DNA from: Camelus dromedarius
Taxonomy: Eukaryota
Reading direction: 5' to 3'
Length of the DNA stretch: 64,000 nt
Assembly (NCBI RefSeq): GCF_036321535.1
Contig: NC_087436.1
Coordinates: forward strand, 38,132,001-38,196,000
A program made the position numbers and the translations under genes. The notes beneath the pieces are model-generated. The model was not told the DNA's origin, did no database searches, and was given only the letters and a program-made list of their open reading frames with translations. Of this stretch, positions 13,650 to 28,119 are shown piece by piece (position 1 is the first letter of the stretch; every line of letters starts with the position of its first letter).

Positions 13650-14130
13650 GAAGGGGATGCAGGAATGTCAGGAGATAAGGTGCTGGGGAGGATGAGGTCA
13701 TTCTTTTTTGCTATCTTTTTATTCAGTGAAAAAAGAGGCAAGGTCATTAGCTCTGAGTGCGTTGATGAATTGAGAAAAAAAGGTGTGGTTGTGTCTTCCT
13801 GGAGAACGAAACAAGTCAATGAGGCAACTCGATGTGGAAATGTAGAAAGATTGTTCAGCCCTGGTGAATTACTTAAGGTTTGTTGTCATAAATTTAAAGC
13901 ACACCCAGTCAGCACAATATAATGCTTATGAAGCAAATGGGATTTGTGTAACTAGGTCTGCGGTTATGCCGCTCCAGTGTGATGGAGAAAAAAGGGAGCA
14001 AAGGAATTGAGGATGTGTGTAAGGAGTGGTCATTATTCTGGGTGATGGACCTCAAGCTCAATAACAGAGGAAATGAAAAAGAGGTGGACATTGAAAAAAT
14101 TGTTGAATCAGACAATATGGCATTTATAGC
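13650..14130 (-). mobile_element. Probable internal LINE-2 fragment
   Basis: 'cagtgaaaaaagaggcaaggtcattagctctgagtg' resembles antisense L2 ORF. Confidence 0.45.
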
Positions 14131-14432
14131 TTGGAAAATCATCTTACTATAATTACCTAGGAATTCCGGAGGAGATAAAGTCTTTATAATGCAAAATCGT
14201 GCTCACAAGACGTACAGACAATCCACACAGGGTAAAAACAAAAAGTGAGCTGAAATTAGAATGGTAAGAAAGCATGAAACCACGTATACTGTGGATACTT
14301 CAAATCTAACACCTTAAGTTTTAATGGCCAAATTTGGGGAGACGAGACCAGTCATGGTGGGGATTGAAATTTAGACCACCACATGAAGACGTAAGCTTTC
14401 AGGGACTGCTCTTCAGTGAAAAAGTCAACTGG

Positions 14433-14433
14433 G

Positions 14434-14466
<33 letters not shown>

Positions 14467-14485
14467 TACATACACACACACACAT
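14433..14485. repeat. (TA)n(CA)n microsatellite
   Basis: Direct inspection. Confidence 0.9.
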
Positions 14486-15269
14486 ATTTCTAAAATAACA
14501 AAAACATTTTATAAGTATAATTTCTGCTTGGATTGAAAAAAAATTCATAACTTACAGCCAGCAAATAATCATTCAATATCAAGGGTAACATAAAGATATT
14601 TTTAGATCAACAAAAACAGAGATGTTTGCTATTTACTTCAAGAATACAGAAAATATAGCTAGAAAAAATATGAAATAATTGAAGGAATGGTGAAGAAAAA
14701 TTAAATGGAAGGTAAATATAAAGAAAAAATGCTGTATACACCAAAAATAATAGCAATTATAATATAATTGGTTTGTGTTTTTGTTGAGCCCGTAAATATC
14801 TATCTTTTAATAGAAATATTTGGTCCTGAGGCGGTCACACAGGGTGGAACAACAAAGCAAATCTCCATGGACAAAAGCCTAAGGATGGATGGATATCCCA
14901 AGTATCAGATGATACCTCTAATACCTTGATACACTGTAAGGTCCAGGAACTCAGCCACAGCCCCTGCAGACGTTGGGATGGAACCTCAATTTTATTGAGA
15001 TTAACATTCACTTTCTTCAGCAGGAATGGAGATTATAATTATGCCAGATATTTTGGTGAGAAATTAGTGATGGGGACATAGAAACTAATCAAATGGAAAA
15101 AAAGTGATTATTACTCACCAACAGTGGAAACAGCAAAAATTTGAACAAGACAGAAAATATCAACGTAATATCCTACATAGTGTAATGGTGAAAATATATA
15201 GTCATAAAAAGGACACCCAAAATATAATGTGATTACATTGAAAGGATGAATAGAGTAGACACACGCTTG

Positions 15270-15286
15270 TGTGCTTGTGTGTGTGC

Positions 15287-15364
<78 letters not shown>
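15270..15364. repeat. (TG)n(GA)n compound microsatellite
   Basis: Direct inspection; explains the CVCV/ERER ORFs. Confidence 0.97.
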
Positions 15365-15368
<4 letters not shown>

Positions 15369-16684
15369 GTTTATCTTTCCAGTGTTGGAAGTCAGCAGAT
15401 TATATTTTTCTTGGGAAATCAAGAAATAGTGGTATATTCATGTTGAGTTGGCCTCCTCCTTTTTTCTGAAAGCACTGAAAACTGCTATTTAAAACTATAT
15501 ACATGTACAACTCTGATAAAATCTTAGATTAATATATCAGTATTATGATGAAATTTACACATTTGTTAAATACTTTGGAAGGACAGTATTAATGGAATAT
15601 AAAAGTATATGAATGTATATACTTAATCTGCTTAAATAAAACATCAGAGTAATAGACATTAAAATTCAATTGTGGTTGAATAATAATCTTTTCTCATAGC
15701 TTCCAGATGTTTAATAATGAACATTTTTTTAATCACTTTTTTAAGTTAAGGGAAAAAACTCAGTAAGCTTATTTTTTAAAGAAAAATCAATCAGGATAGA
15801 AATGAAGACAATATTGACAGGATAGACAAACTTTGTGTCAGAGTTTGCACATATCCTATAAACACACACACACACATATACACACGCACCACTGTGGTTT
15901 AGGAATTGGTTTCTATATACATGAAGCAAAGTTGACTGACTGATGTCATCCTTTGTGGAACCACAGAGAGAAGGTTTAAATCTTAAAGAGCTGAGAGTCA
16001 GTTCTCAGAGGGAAAGCACAGCCTCAGTGTCACTGTCACAGAGCACGACTGTACACAGGAGACCCACAGAGATGTTCTCTCAGCCTAGTCTAAAAAAGAG
16101 AGTCCAAGAAAGACAAGGGAGTTCAGAAAGGGTATCTGGCAAATAGCTTCAGCTAGTTCAGACCCAACTGCACAAGTTCCTGTTCATGGTTCATCTGTAA
16201 AACGGGGTTAATTCTGCAAAACAGAATTCTCAGTTATCAGTGGCTATCTTTATGTTCATTATTGATTTTCCTGAAAACCAAGAGCAAATGACTGTATCCT
16301 AGACCCCGCAAGCACCATTTAAGCATAGCCTTTACATATATATATACAAGGAGAGAAAGAAAAATCAAAGGATTATTTTCAAAGTGCTAAAGCACAAAGT
16401 TATCAAAGTTATTTGTTGTAGTCTTATAACTACAAGTATTTGTTATTGTAATTGTTTTTGTTACTCTATTTCCCCCCAGAAGAATCAAAGACTACAAGAC
16501 TAACTGTGTTTAATGGCAGATGTCTCCAAGAAAGTAAATAAAGGTGGGTGCCACAGGACCTCAGAGGAGGGAGGTGAGGAGTTTGCCAGTAGTGGGATTA
16601 AAAGAGCCAGAAGACACTTAAACTATTGTCAAGAATGCCCCATTTCTGTGTCAAAAACAAACTGGTACTTGAAAGTCTGTTCAA

Positions 16685-16900
16685 TATTTGCAGATATTAA
16701 CTACTATATATAAAATAGGTAAACAGTAAGTTTCTTCTGTATAGCACAGGGAACTATATTCAGTATCTGGTAGTAACCTATAACGAAAAAGAATATGAAA
16801 ATGAATATATGTATGTATATGTATGACTGAACTATTACGCTGTACACCAGAAATTGACACAACATTGTAAACTGACTTCAATTTAAAAAGATAAATAAAA
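16685..16900 (+). mobile_element. Young, heavily 5'-truncated L1 (3'UTR only)
   Basis: 'ctgtatagcacagggaactatattcagtatc...gctgtacaccagaaattgacacaacattgtaaactgact' plus A-rich tail. Confidence 0.9.
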
Positions 16901-18254
16901 GAATAACTCAGTGATCAATAATCTTTCTGATAATCTTTTTATTTCTTTCAAACCAGAAGAACAATTGATCTCTCTGCAACTTAAAGTAAGGTTTTCAGCA
17001 ATGGAAACTAGAAACATTTGTTTGCTCTAAAGATGGGATTCTGAAGGCAGAGCAAGAAATTGGTTTTTATCCCATGTTCAAGAAACATTTTCTATTGAGT
17101 AAAATTAACTCAAAAGGATGTCAAACAGCAATTCTGACTGCAACCCTGACTTAAATGAATATGTTGTATGCTTGACATCTAACACTGAATTCCACTAGTC
17201 CTCACACCATTCTCCATTTAAAAAGACAACATCTGACTGTTTCTTGGAGTGACAGCAAATTCCACTTGGACACCTGTGTGCCAGATGTGTGTAGCTCACA
17301 TGAACCCTGCTATTCTGCCTGCAATATTTACCACAAACTATTTTTCCCCTTTGGCTGAATTAAGAAGTAGAGCCATCAGAATGCACCACAACTCTTAAAA
17401 CATTTTTTCTTATTATTCTTTTATCTTGTCATTCACATGTTTTCAGTTTCCCTTCTAACTCTATTTTTACATAACAGCTTTTATTCCAAATCCACAAGTC
17501 ATTTCTTTTTTCCTTGTTTTAAAAAATTGAGAACAGGGGATTAATTGTGGCATTTAAAATTTATTTTTATTTTTAAGATGTATGCAGTGATTAATGGAGG
17601 AGTATTATGCTTCATTTTTCCATTGGGTCAACCATAGGCAAGAGAACAAATAGATTCTTGAAGTTTTAGTGAATCTACTCCAAATCTATTGAAAGTATTA
17701 GACCATGTCTATTTTTAAACATTATTTAATAGAAATAATCACTTTTTCATGTTAAATGAGGGGTTGTTCTTTCTCACAGGTCTGTGCTTCAGCCTGGAAG
17801 AAAAAGTCATGCAGCAGATGGACATTAAAAATGGAAAGATCAAAGGGTGATGTCATTGGAACTCAAGGTCTAGGAATGGAAGGCCAGGTGGACACCAGAA
17901 GGATAAAGTTAATACAGTATTTTGCTGCTACCAACAGGCAGGAAGACCAGAGCAAACACAGCTACATATGCAGAAATCCTCTATCGGCTGTTGGTAATTT
18001 GCTTGGATTATCCCAAATGGCTTGGTTAAATCCATCTCATATAATACTACCATGCGAATTCATGGTAGTCCTTGGACCAAATCAATGTGCTAAGTTTTAA
18101 AATGAGCTGTGAATCACATGTCAAATCACATGTCAGGTAATATTGCTAGATAAGACCCTTATAGATATATGACCAAGGACTAATTTTAGCACTATGGACT
18201 TCCATGGGTTTCATTTTCAATGTAAAATATTACATTTATTACTAATACACTAAT

Positions 18255-18470
18255 AAAAACATTTTATTGAACACAATGTTGGGCACTAGTCTAAGTACTT
18301 TACATGAATTATGTCACTTAACATTCACAATAGTTTTACATGGGAGGTACTAATGTTATACCCATTTTGAAGATAAGGGGAAAAAAAGACTGAGAGATTA
18401 AGTCACTTCCTCAGGTGGTCCAGCTAGGAAATTCTTACATTGAAACCTAGGCTGTTTGACTCTAGAATAG
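18255..18470 (-). mobile_element. MIR SINE
   Basis: 'ttttattgaacacaatgttgggcactagtctaagtactttacatg...cccattttgaagataagg'. Confidence 0.75.
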
Positions 18471-19139
18471 CAGCAACCACACTTGAAGAACTGGACTGAT
18501 TGTAGTTCAATGAAATTTGTATGGAAGTTGTCTTATTATAGGCAGAAAGTTTTGCATATTAATGATCATTACATACAAATTTTATCAAAGTTATATATGA
18601 CCCATGTGGAAAAGTAGATAGTCTCCAGGCTCTTTGGATGAATTGCTCTATTTCTTTCTTCAAGAATATCAATAATATCCTGTTGCATTTAAATTCGGAT
18701 CCTCCCACTATCATGAGTTAGAGCCACTAAACTATTTAGGAAAGGTCACCAAGTCACTTCATTTTTGAGAAATGAGATTTAACCACATAAATCTGCACAT
18801 GTGTGCTCATAATTCATTACCTGTTGGAACAATGTAGGCAGATAGACTTTACGCAAGTAAATTCTGAAATATTAATAACTGGAGTGGAAATGAGAACTTT
18901 CCAATCTCTTCATTCAATTACTGAATTATCCTCATGGCTACCTTATTTTCTTTTAAGTTCAAGTAGAATCCTTTCTGTTCCAAATGAAAGTACAAATAAA
19001 AGTAATTTCAGGTGAGCAGTCATTCTCTAATTATATATTATCCTTTTGGCTCTCATGTGATACTTGTAAATCTAACATTAAAATATGTGCTAAACCCCAA
19101 ATAAGCAGATATATTTTGAAACTCAGAACTAACAATGTA

Positions 19140-19292
19140 AAAGAGGCACATCAGATTGCTGGGAACAAGCCCCAAGGCTTCTGATTTAGTAGAACTGGAG
19201 TGGGCTCTGGGAATTAATATTCCTAGCAAGTTCCCAGGTGATCCAGATGCTACTGGTTGGGGACCACACCTTGAGAATCACTGGTTTAGAGT
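19140..19292. mobile_element. MER5A-like hAT-Charlie MITE
   Basis: 'ttctgatttagtag...caagttcccaggtgatccagatgctactggttggggaccacaccttgagaatcactgg'. Confidence 0.8.
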
Positions 19293-22200
19293 ATTGGGAA
19301 CACCCCTTCTAAGATCGGAGGGGAAGTCTCCTGCCTTGGGTCTTGTCTCCTCTCTGATGCTTCCCATTGTTTTGTTTTTGTTTGGCTCATTTCAGCACCT
19401 TTTTTTCCTCCTCAAACCTCATTTGAGTCATCTCTTTCTGTGCTTGGTTTAGGAGATGGGTTGTCATTCATTTAGTCCAGTCTTTTCCACTACTGGCAGT
19501 AGTATCTGTTAGGGGATGGGGGAAAACTCCCACAGTAGCCTAACCTCAGGATAAAATAGTCACAATCAGACCCTGCCAAATCCAAAACTCACACATGCTC
19601 AATAAATCCCTAATTCTGGAAACTGGATCAGAACCCCCTCCTCTACCCTTTCTTTATTCCTCGTACTCTTCCATTATTGCCCATACCATGATTTTAAATA
19701 ATATGTTTCAGTGAGTATTTTATTTGTTGGCTCCTACCATTAAGCCTGTGACATCTAGGATGGCAAGACTCCAGTCCAGTTTTGTTCATTATTGAACCCC
19801 TAGGGCCTGAAAAAGTGCCTAACGAATAATTTACACTCAATGGATATTAGTTTGACTGAAGGCACTGTTGATATTGTACAAGGATCTCTTAGAACAGGAA
19901 GCTTGGAAGTAGTGATGAATTTTTTCACTGCATACTCTCGTAAGTTTGCATAATCTCTTACACCATGCCAATATACATATTAAAAATCCAGGACAAGTAC
20001 ACGCATTTGGGAAGTCATTCCCACTAACAAATATGACCTCATATCACAATGGCAGCTGAGAATGCTCTTTGGATGAGAAGAACCAATTCTGCTTTTATAC
20101 CTGCCTGCTCTACATGGTCTCTCTTAGATCTATATTAACCTCTTAAGATTTATGTAAATTCCATTTTTTCCTGATACTCCTTGTTTCCTATTTGAGTTAC
20201 TAGATTTAGGCTGTGCATGTAAATTATTATTTTTTTTTTTTGGCATCCCTTCTTACATTGGGGTATTTATCAACAAGACTTTCTAGTTAATTTTTCCCAG
20301 TTTCTCTAAGTTGTATCCTGTTATGTCTTTCACTGATATTTCCCTTGATGGTTTACTTTTCTTCTTTGTCTTCTATTTAACCAGCAAGCATCCTTCAATT
20401 ATCAAGTTTTTCTTGAGAATCTTCTCCTTCCATGAGGAAAATAAAGTAATATGCAAAATGTCAGGGGCCTAAGAAGATGATTCTAAAGCCGGTAAAAATC
20501 CAATAGTGAGATTAGGTCACAAAAGAGAACAAGACCTTTCAGATCAAATACACCAGTTCCCAAGCTGCAATGAGAAATGGCTTCATCCTTATGAAAAACT
20601 CCTTCTTGCCTTTAATAGCCTAAATTTATTGAGTTTATATTAGTCAAAATTTGAGGTTAGGAATGTTTTAAATTTACTTTTCTTTATCTTATGTAATGAT
20701 TCTCATGGAAGATCCCAATTAACATCTCCACTTTGTAAAATAACCAGAGAAAAAGCATCAAAGGATGGAATTATCCTGGAAAATTCATTGTTATATAAAT
20801 GCCTTTATGGTCCTGAACATATAGAATTTCTGGAACCTCTAACCTGCAATGGTTTTATGGCATTAAAACTAATTTTTTGTAAAATGAATAATGATTATAA
20901 AGGGAAAAAAATTGTTGACTCCTCGGCCACCTCGGTTTATATAATTGCCAACTGGACATATAGTGCGGCTCCCAGTGAAACTTCAGTTTAAACTAATGCA
21001 TGAATATCTGTGGTCTGACCATGCTTTTAAAAATAACATTTAAGAAGACTTAACTTGACAAAATATAGTCCTTAACCTCCTCCTCTGTATTTTGTCAAAC
21101 TTACAATGTAAAGGAAAAAATAATGGAAAAGTTTCCATTATTACCACTTCATTGACAGTGAAATGTCTAAAGTCTAAAAGATCTGATGAGCATTTATCAA
21201 AACACTCCCAAATTTACTAATCTGATTAGCAATTAATCTAAACTGAACACCTTTCAATCTTCCATATGAACCTTGAGTGGGAGTTTCTGATAGTGCCTAT
21301 TGATTAATGTATTGCTTTTTATCCTTCAAATAATATATGTTAAAATAATTAATTTTCTTCTCTTAATCCATTTGTTTAAAATAAAAAATAAATTTTATAC
21401 AACTCTTTTACCTGAGTTTTTTCTTGATGACCTGGTGTTGGAAACTTGGTGTCATTTGTCAGTCACGGAAATTTGTACCTATAGTTCAGTGAAAGAATTC
21501 TCACCTCAGTGTGATAATTCTATTTTCAGAAATATTACTATGGTAAGTTTTTAAAAAAGTGATGCCTTTGGATATCAGCAAATATTCATAGAAGTGACAT
21601 AGATACATACATTTCATCTCTCTTTTGCTAGACTGAGAGAAACAGATCCTGGACTAGACTGATGGTAATCTTGAACAGTGACATGTACAGGGCTTGTATC
21701 ACACAACTCAGAAAGTAAGGAAAATTTCTAGAATTAGAAGTGCTTTCAGTACTTAAAAACTGGGGTAGATTATCAATCATTATATCATAATATCTTTCCA
21801 TCTTGCTAGAGTGGTCTTAGCTTCCTCCACTGCTTTATCCATACCTTTTCATCTAATACTCCTCATTCTAAGCAAGATCCACAAGCATGTCCAATGCTCT
21901 ACACAAGCCTGTATGGAGGAAAGAAACTACATTCACATTAATACTGAGAAACTGGACAAGTATAACATTCTCAAGTTAAATAGCCAGACTACAACAAGAT
22001 TACTGTCATTGTATTTGCTGGTCCTCTACTATCGGTGGGGTCCTGTGAAGGATTAAGAATGTTACCCTTTGCTGTGAATTCTAACCATGGCAGAACTAAG
22101 CTCTCTGACCATATAAAATACAACAAAATGGATCTTGATGCTTTTTTAGTCATCAAGTCCACAGTTATAGGGAATTTCAGTGCTTATGTCACTCATAAAT

Positions 22201-23309
22201 ATTACTTCTTAGCCTACACTTTTCCTCTCTGAGTATCTACTCCTTTGTATAGAGCCCTGGTTACCTAGTAGTTACCACCTGATATCTTTTATTTCCAGCT
22301 AAACTGATTAAGGAAGGAATGAATAATCAATTCAAGAGGAACTATTTATAGGCTAATTTGAGACACTAAGATTTTTCTCTCTCTTAAATAAGAAATAAAG
22401 ATTAAATTGGTGAATTACTAAGCCCAATCAACTTGCAAATCAAAATTGTGGGGGAACAAACAGTAAAAATGTTTAAAAGACAAACAGGAAACAAGAATTA
22501 AAATACAGTAAAAATACAGAAAGAAGTACAGATGAAAAATCTTCAGCTTCAGAGACAAAGAGATGGAGAGATTAGAATCTAATGACTCTCCAAGCCCCAG
22601 AAATTAAGTTCTCCTCTATCTTTCCAATAAACTTAATTTTTCTTGGATTGATGGCTTTCTATTCTTTGTAAGGAACAATTCCAGAATATAACCTCTTGTG
22701 GTCCTTCTTATCATTCAAACTTTGTAGACTGAAGTGAAGGCATACTGCACTTCAGTCTACAAACTCTTTGAAAGATGGAAATTTTGAAGAGTACACAGCT
22801 TGCCTTCACATATGATTTGGAAGTTAATCAAATCTTTAACAAGTTAACATTTCCTGTTGCATTTAAGTATGTATTTTCTCTCTTGGAAAGTTATAAAAAG
22901 TGAGCATGTTCCAGGGTAGAGAGAGAGTCAGTGAGCTAATGTAAACAATTTAGATTCATTACCATTAGGAATTCACTGAGTATCTATTATTGATGTGGGA
23001 ATTATGATAAGTAACTCAAACTCTACGCTCAGAGAATACCCATGGTCTGTAATGCAAAGAAACAACCAAAAACCCCAGGCATAGAGTAGTAAGTGCCACA
23101 AGAAATCAGAAAATGAGAGATGTTTGATAGGCACTGTTTATTGGGCTATATCATGATCAACAAACACAGACAAAGTTCATACTTTTAATGAAGAGTTTCA
23201 GAGAGCACCAACCAGAACTGTGGCAAAAGTAACTCGCAAAACAACTTTAATGACTCCCACCTCTCATCTCTGTTGATTTAAATTAGAAGCAATCATTATT
23301 AAGATAACA

Positions 23310-23510
23310 TCTATCTTCTTTTAGTTAATTCTTTGTGAGCGTGATGTATTAAGCACTACATACGTTATCTCATTTAGTCCTCATAAAGGGGATTACTTTT
23401 AAGGAAAAATTATAATTTGCATCTCACAGATGAGGAAACTAAGGCTTGAATTACTTGTCCAATAGCACTTGATTGGTGAGCTTTAGAACGAGCTTATAAC
23501 CAGTCAGTTT
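23310..23510 (-). mobile_element. MIR SINE
   Basis: 'atctcatttagtcctcat...tcacagatgaggaaactaaggctt'. Confidence 0.75.
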
Positions 23511-23839
23511 CCATAGTCTTTATCTCTTTGTCAAAATTGATGTAGTGGAGTTAAAAAAAAAAAAAAAGGAAAATGTGGATAAGATACTGTGGGAGGTGAG
23601 TAGAAGGACTATCTCTTCTTTTAATGTAGAACCTTAATTGGATGATGTATTTTAGCTTGTTCAAGAGAGGTGCTGTTCAGCTACTGAGATGTTACAGTCT
23701 ATATGACAGAGTTTTATATGAATGTTGTCTTAAACTTGGTTAAATAACGAACAATTATCCAATGATTATTGCTCAGTATTTCAAGTGGAGTCACAGATGT
23801 CCTATTTTCAGAAAAATAGTAGTTAAGTAATAAAATGAC

Positions 23840-23990
23840 ATAGTGGAAAAACCAGTAGGCTTGACACCAATTGCCTCTTACCAATTATGTGAGTATGGGG
23901 AAGTTAATGTTTTTTGGCCTTATCTTCCTTATCTGCAAAATAAAAGGGATAGCGTAACTGATCTCAAAGATAATGGTTCTAAAGGCAGAT
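23840..23990 (+). mobile_element. MIR SINE fragment
   Basis: 'ttaccaattatgtgagtatggggaagtta...cttccttatctgcaaaataaaaggg'. Confidence 0.55.
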
Positions 23991-24869
23991 GGAAGACCAT
24001 GGCGACTCTTGGCAAAGCATGCCACAATGCTGGTTTGACATTCCACTCCACACCCCTCAGGGAATCTCCTAGTATATATAAAGACCACACATTGAAAAAA
24101 GCTAAGGAGAAAAGACAAAGGAAAAAGCACAAAAATATGAAGCAGTGTGTTTGTGGAAGAGTCCTGGAGAGTCTTTTTTGGTAAAAAGATTTTTACCCTC
24201 CTCCAGTTTTATTCTTCCAAATGTCTCTTTTCAAGTTTGAGCAAAAGTGGTTTGTGCTGTAGTTAATCGGTGACTTTAGTTTGCAAACACATGTGATCCT
24301 GGAGAAATTTAGGGATGAGGCAGAGAACAAAGAGGGGGCTTAATGCTTGGCTTGATGTACTTTTGTGGGCTTCTGGCCCTGGTTGGTGTTAGCCAGAAGG
24401 CTTTTCCTGAACTCCCCACACCCACCCACTCTGAAGTTCCTATTGCCTATATACATAGCACTCACAAACAACCTGAACAACCTGGTGTATCTGTCTATGA
24501 CATATTGTTCATATGGACTACCCATTTGTCTCTGCACTAGAATGTGAGTCGTTCAGGAAGGAGGTTGCATCATATTCAGTTTCTATCTCCATCACCTTAC
24601 CCATTCAAGGCTTATCATGAGTGTGTACTCAATAAATAATTTTACGAATGAATTAATCATATTATCTATGCTTGAAGACTGTAGAAAGAAATAATCCATG
24701 AAGAGCAATGAAATGGACTTCTATGTTTTAGTCTAGTAGTAGGTCAAGCACAAGTAGGAAAGAATGAATTCTGGGACAGAAACTCAAGTCAGAAATAAAA
24801 AATGTGATGATAACTAGAGAACTTCTTCCAGTACAACTCTTGGGAGCCCAAGACTACTGCGAGGTGAAT

Positions 24870-25442
24870 GCTTTAGTCAGAATGTTTGTAGTTGCAATGA
24901 TATTAACTATATTAATTCTTAAGGTTGACATTAATAATACCCATTTATTTCACATATCAAAGAATTAGGAGTTGGGCTATTTCAAAGTATTAAATTTAGT
25001 ACATAAATAGTTGACCAAGGGTCATATTTTAGCTCTTATATCCTCAGTATCTTGACTTTTGACTTCATATTTGTCCTTCATGGTGACAAGATATCTAGCC
25101 TGATGTCAAGCACCTCACAGAATGGATTCAAGAGTGAGCAAGTAGTTTTCTTCAATATAATATATAGTACTGTTTTCTTTCCTGTCCTAAATGATAGGCA
25201 ATAATAGAGTCCCCTTTAAAGTTCGTTGGCTAGATATGAATCACATGCTGAAACTAAAGTGATCATGGGCAAGGGGAAAGAGATTACTATGACTGACTAA
25301 AACTAACCATGATTTTCAGCCTAGAGTTATGGAGGTGTCCAATTTCTCCTGAAATATATGACCCCTACGTTCATGACTAAAACCTAGATTCCATAAGCAA
25401 AGAAGATAGTTTGGAACTCTGTAGTATAGGCAACCAACAGTG
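24870..25442. mobile_element. Ancient MaLR LTR (MLT1K/L-like)
   Basis: 'ttagtcagaatgtttgtagttgcaa' start; 'tcacatgctg...gggcaaggggaaagagattactatgactgact'; 'taggcaaccaacag' end. Confidence 0.55.
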
Positions 25443-26689
25443 AGTAAGTGAGAAATCCAAACATTAAACTTTTGTCTTACTGGCCTGACAAAGAATTGTA
25501 GTGACTCTAAACTTCAAAGGTCTCATAATTTCATTAAAACAGTATTACAGTTAATCAGCCATTCATTTGGACTGAGTGTCTCCATCAATCATATCTGGAC
25601 CATCACAGAAATAGTCAAAATATTCTCTCTTTAAAGTTTGCTGTATTTTATGATTTGGCAACTGACCTATCATCTAGTGTGTTGATATCTAAGTCTTGAC
25701 CAAGATTACATTTTTGGCCATGACCCACAGAACGTATTTTAAGATCTTGGCACTTGCCTTACTTGAGCATGAATTTCTCATGTAGTTCATATTGATTAAT
25801 GAAGTTCTAAAACAGGAAATTTAGAGGAATTGAGAATACGTTCTTGCCAAGTAGAGGACAGACATTATTCCTTCTTCTCCTCTAATGCAGCCTCCCAAGT
25901 GAAAAAGTGAATTGGTCTTAACATAAACAATGCTGTTAGTCATCAACATGTTTCCAACTCAAATAAAAAGTGTGTATCAACGAAGAGTGAGTCAGGCAGA
26001 GTTGATTGTGAGTAGTTCTAGGTATAGTTTGGGAATGAAGATGTTGCTTGGTGAATTATTTTTTAAATCAGCTGCTTACTCAAAGGTAATTTGAACCAGA
26101 TTAGTAACCACAGAATTTCATTTAATATCAAAACCTGTTTGTAAATTTTAAACAATTTTAAACTTATTTTTACACATCTGATATAGTAAGTCCTAAGAAT
26201 TTCTATTGTGTAACTTCCTATTAGAGGCCTATTAAAACTCTTCTAGTTTAGCATCTTACCAACTAAGTCTTTGAAGTATAGCCTAACATTAAATATTACA
26301 TTATACAGGTAAAGGAATCCATGTATGGAACAAAAACAAGAAGGGTAAGATTGACCTCTGAATCACTAAAGAAATTATGGTGAGATCCACCTCTAGACCT
26401 TTAGTCTTCTCTCCCCGGTTTCTCCCACTTCCCAGGAGGCACTAGTTTCCTCCTCCTGGGGACTGCAGAGATGGTGAGTCAAATGTATACATACCTACAT
26501 TAAATCCTTTCTGTGTGGAATATAAAAAGCTAATGCAACTTATTAGAGCTGCCTAATGAGAGAAATGAGCCTTTATTCATAGTCATTCCTTCATCCTATT
26601 TTCTGGTTTTACTGTGTTTACTGATTTTACATCCTCTGTCTTTACTTTTTCTCTCCACCTCCTCTCTTCCTTTCAAGATAATGGGGTTT

Positions 26690-26840
26690 CAAGGTGCACA
26701 GAGTTGGTCTGAATCCTGGCTCTGCCAATTGCTACCTTTTTTAACCTTTGGTTAGTTAATCAGCCTTCCCACACATTCATTTCCTCGTCTGAAAATGAAA
26801 GTAATATTACCCAATTCAAAAAATTGTTCTAAAAGTTAAT
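26690..26840 (+). mobile_element. MIR SINE
   Basis: 'tctgaatcctggctctgccaattgct...catttcctcgtctgaaaatgaaagtaata'. Confidence 0.7.
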
Positions 26841-28119
26841 ATAGCACCAAGAATGTTAATTTCAATGGCATCTCTGAAATTGGCCAGATGCTTTTTCTAG
26901 TATATGGTGAGAAATCTTTCTCAGTTGCCTAATAATTTAAACTTGATAAAATATGTTTAAAATATTCTGAGCAAAGGGTACACTAAATTAGAGGGATTTT
27001 TCACCTTCTATAAAGGAGGAGGTTGGATTAGATGATTTCTGAGGTCTCTTTCAGCTCAGAATTATGAGGTTTCCCATTTCACCAAGCATTTGCTGCAAAC
27101 AGAATTCCACTCAGCCAGATATGATAGATAATACAACTATACAGAAGTGATCTAGTCCCTGTGTCTACAGAAGTATAATTTGGGCAAACCAATCGGAAAT
27201 ACAACACATTCTACTCGCTTTCTATCTTTATGCAGCTTTCTGAAAACTCAATCAAATCTTTTTTGATGGATATGTCATGGCAGCATCTTTCAGTCTTGCT
27301 AGTTCCCTGTATTGCATTCCTTAACTTTTAAAATTATCCCGTCAATTTAGCTTTAGTTTCTGAAGACTCTTCTGTTAGCAATGGTTATAAATTGCAAATT
27401 TAATCCAGAAATTTAAAAACTAAGAACATCTATTTTTTCTTCACTAATCAACATGGGGTCTGAATGCATTGGCAAACCTGGCATCTGATCAAGTTACATA
27501 TACTCTCTAGATTTCACAGTCTTAGTTCCTGCAGCTTCTACAGGGAATATATGTTCATCTGCTTACAGTTGGGAATCTCATTAAGCCAAAGTATACTGAA
27601 TCATAGCTCTTGATGGCAATCCATTTCCCTGAAAGAAAGGGATGAATGTCCTGGCCATTCTTCAATCCTCATTATTGCAAAAATGGATACAGTGATCTAT
27701 GCAGAAAGAATCACGAGCCACAAAAAACAGAAACAGGAATGTTTAGTTCTAGAAAGGACCTGTGTTGCTAGTCTTCCCTGTGAACCTAAGCAGCTCATTC
27801 GATTTCCCACTATGAGTGCTAAGGAAGAAAGTGATTGTGCTAAATTTTCTTTTCCTGGAGTCCCTGGGAACCATTTGTAAAATGGTTTGCTTTTATAAAT
27901 CAGTATTTTTAACATATGGTTTAAAACAGAATTAAATAAAACTCTGTAACTTCATGCTGAGGTTGATGTGAACACCTCCTGATGTTCTGCAAGGAATGCA
28001 GGAAAAGCCATCTGAAGATGGAGGGTTCTAGCCTTTCTCTCACTACCTAGTTGTATGAATTGTGGCAAATCCCTGAGGGGCCTCAGTTTCCTCATAAGGA
28101 TAATGGAAAGATTATACAG

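Noticed and set aside
14814..14935. Plus-strand exon-like segment (ttttaatag ... gtaagg)
   Set aside because: Stop codons in all three frames before the donor
15111..15469. ORFs over (TG)n(GA)n and a possible minus-strand exon with gtgagt donor at ~15118
   Set aside because: ORFs are microsatellite-driven; the acceptor has a poor pyrimidine tract and the peptide is not recognised
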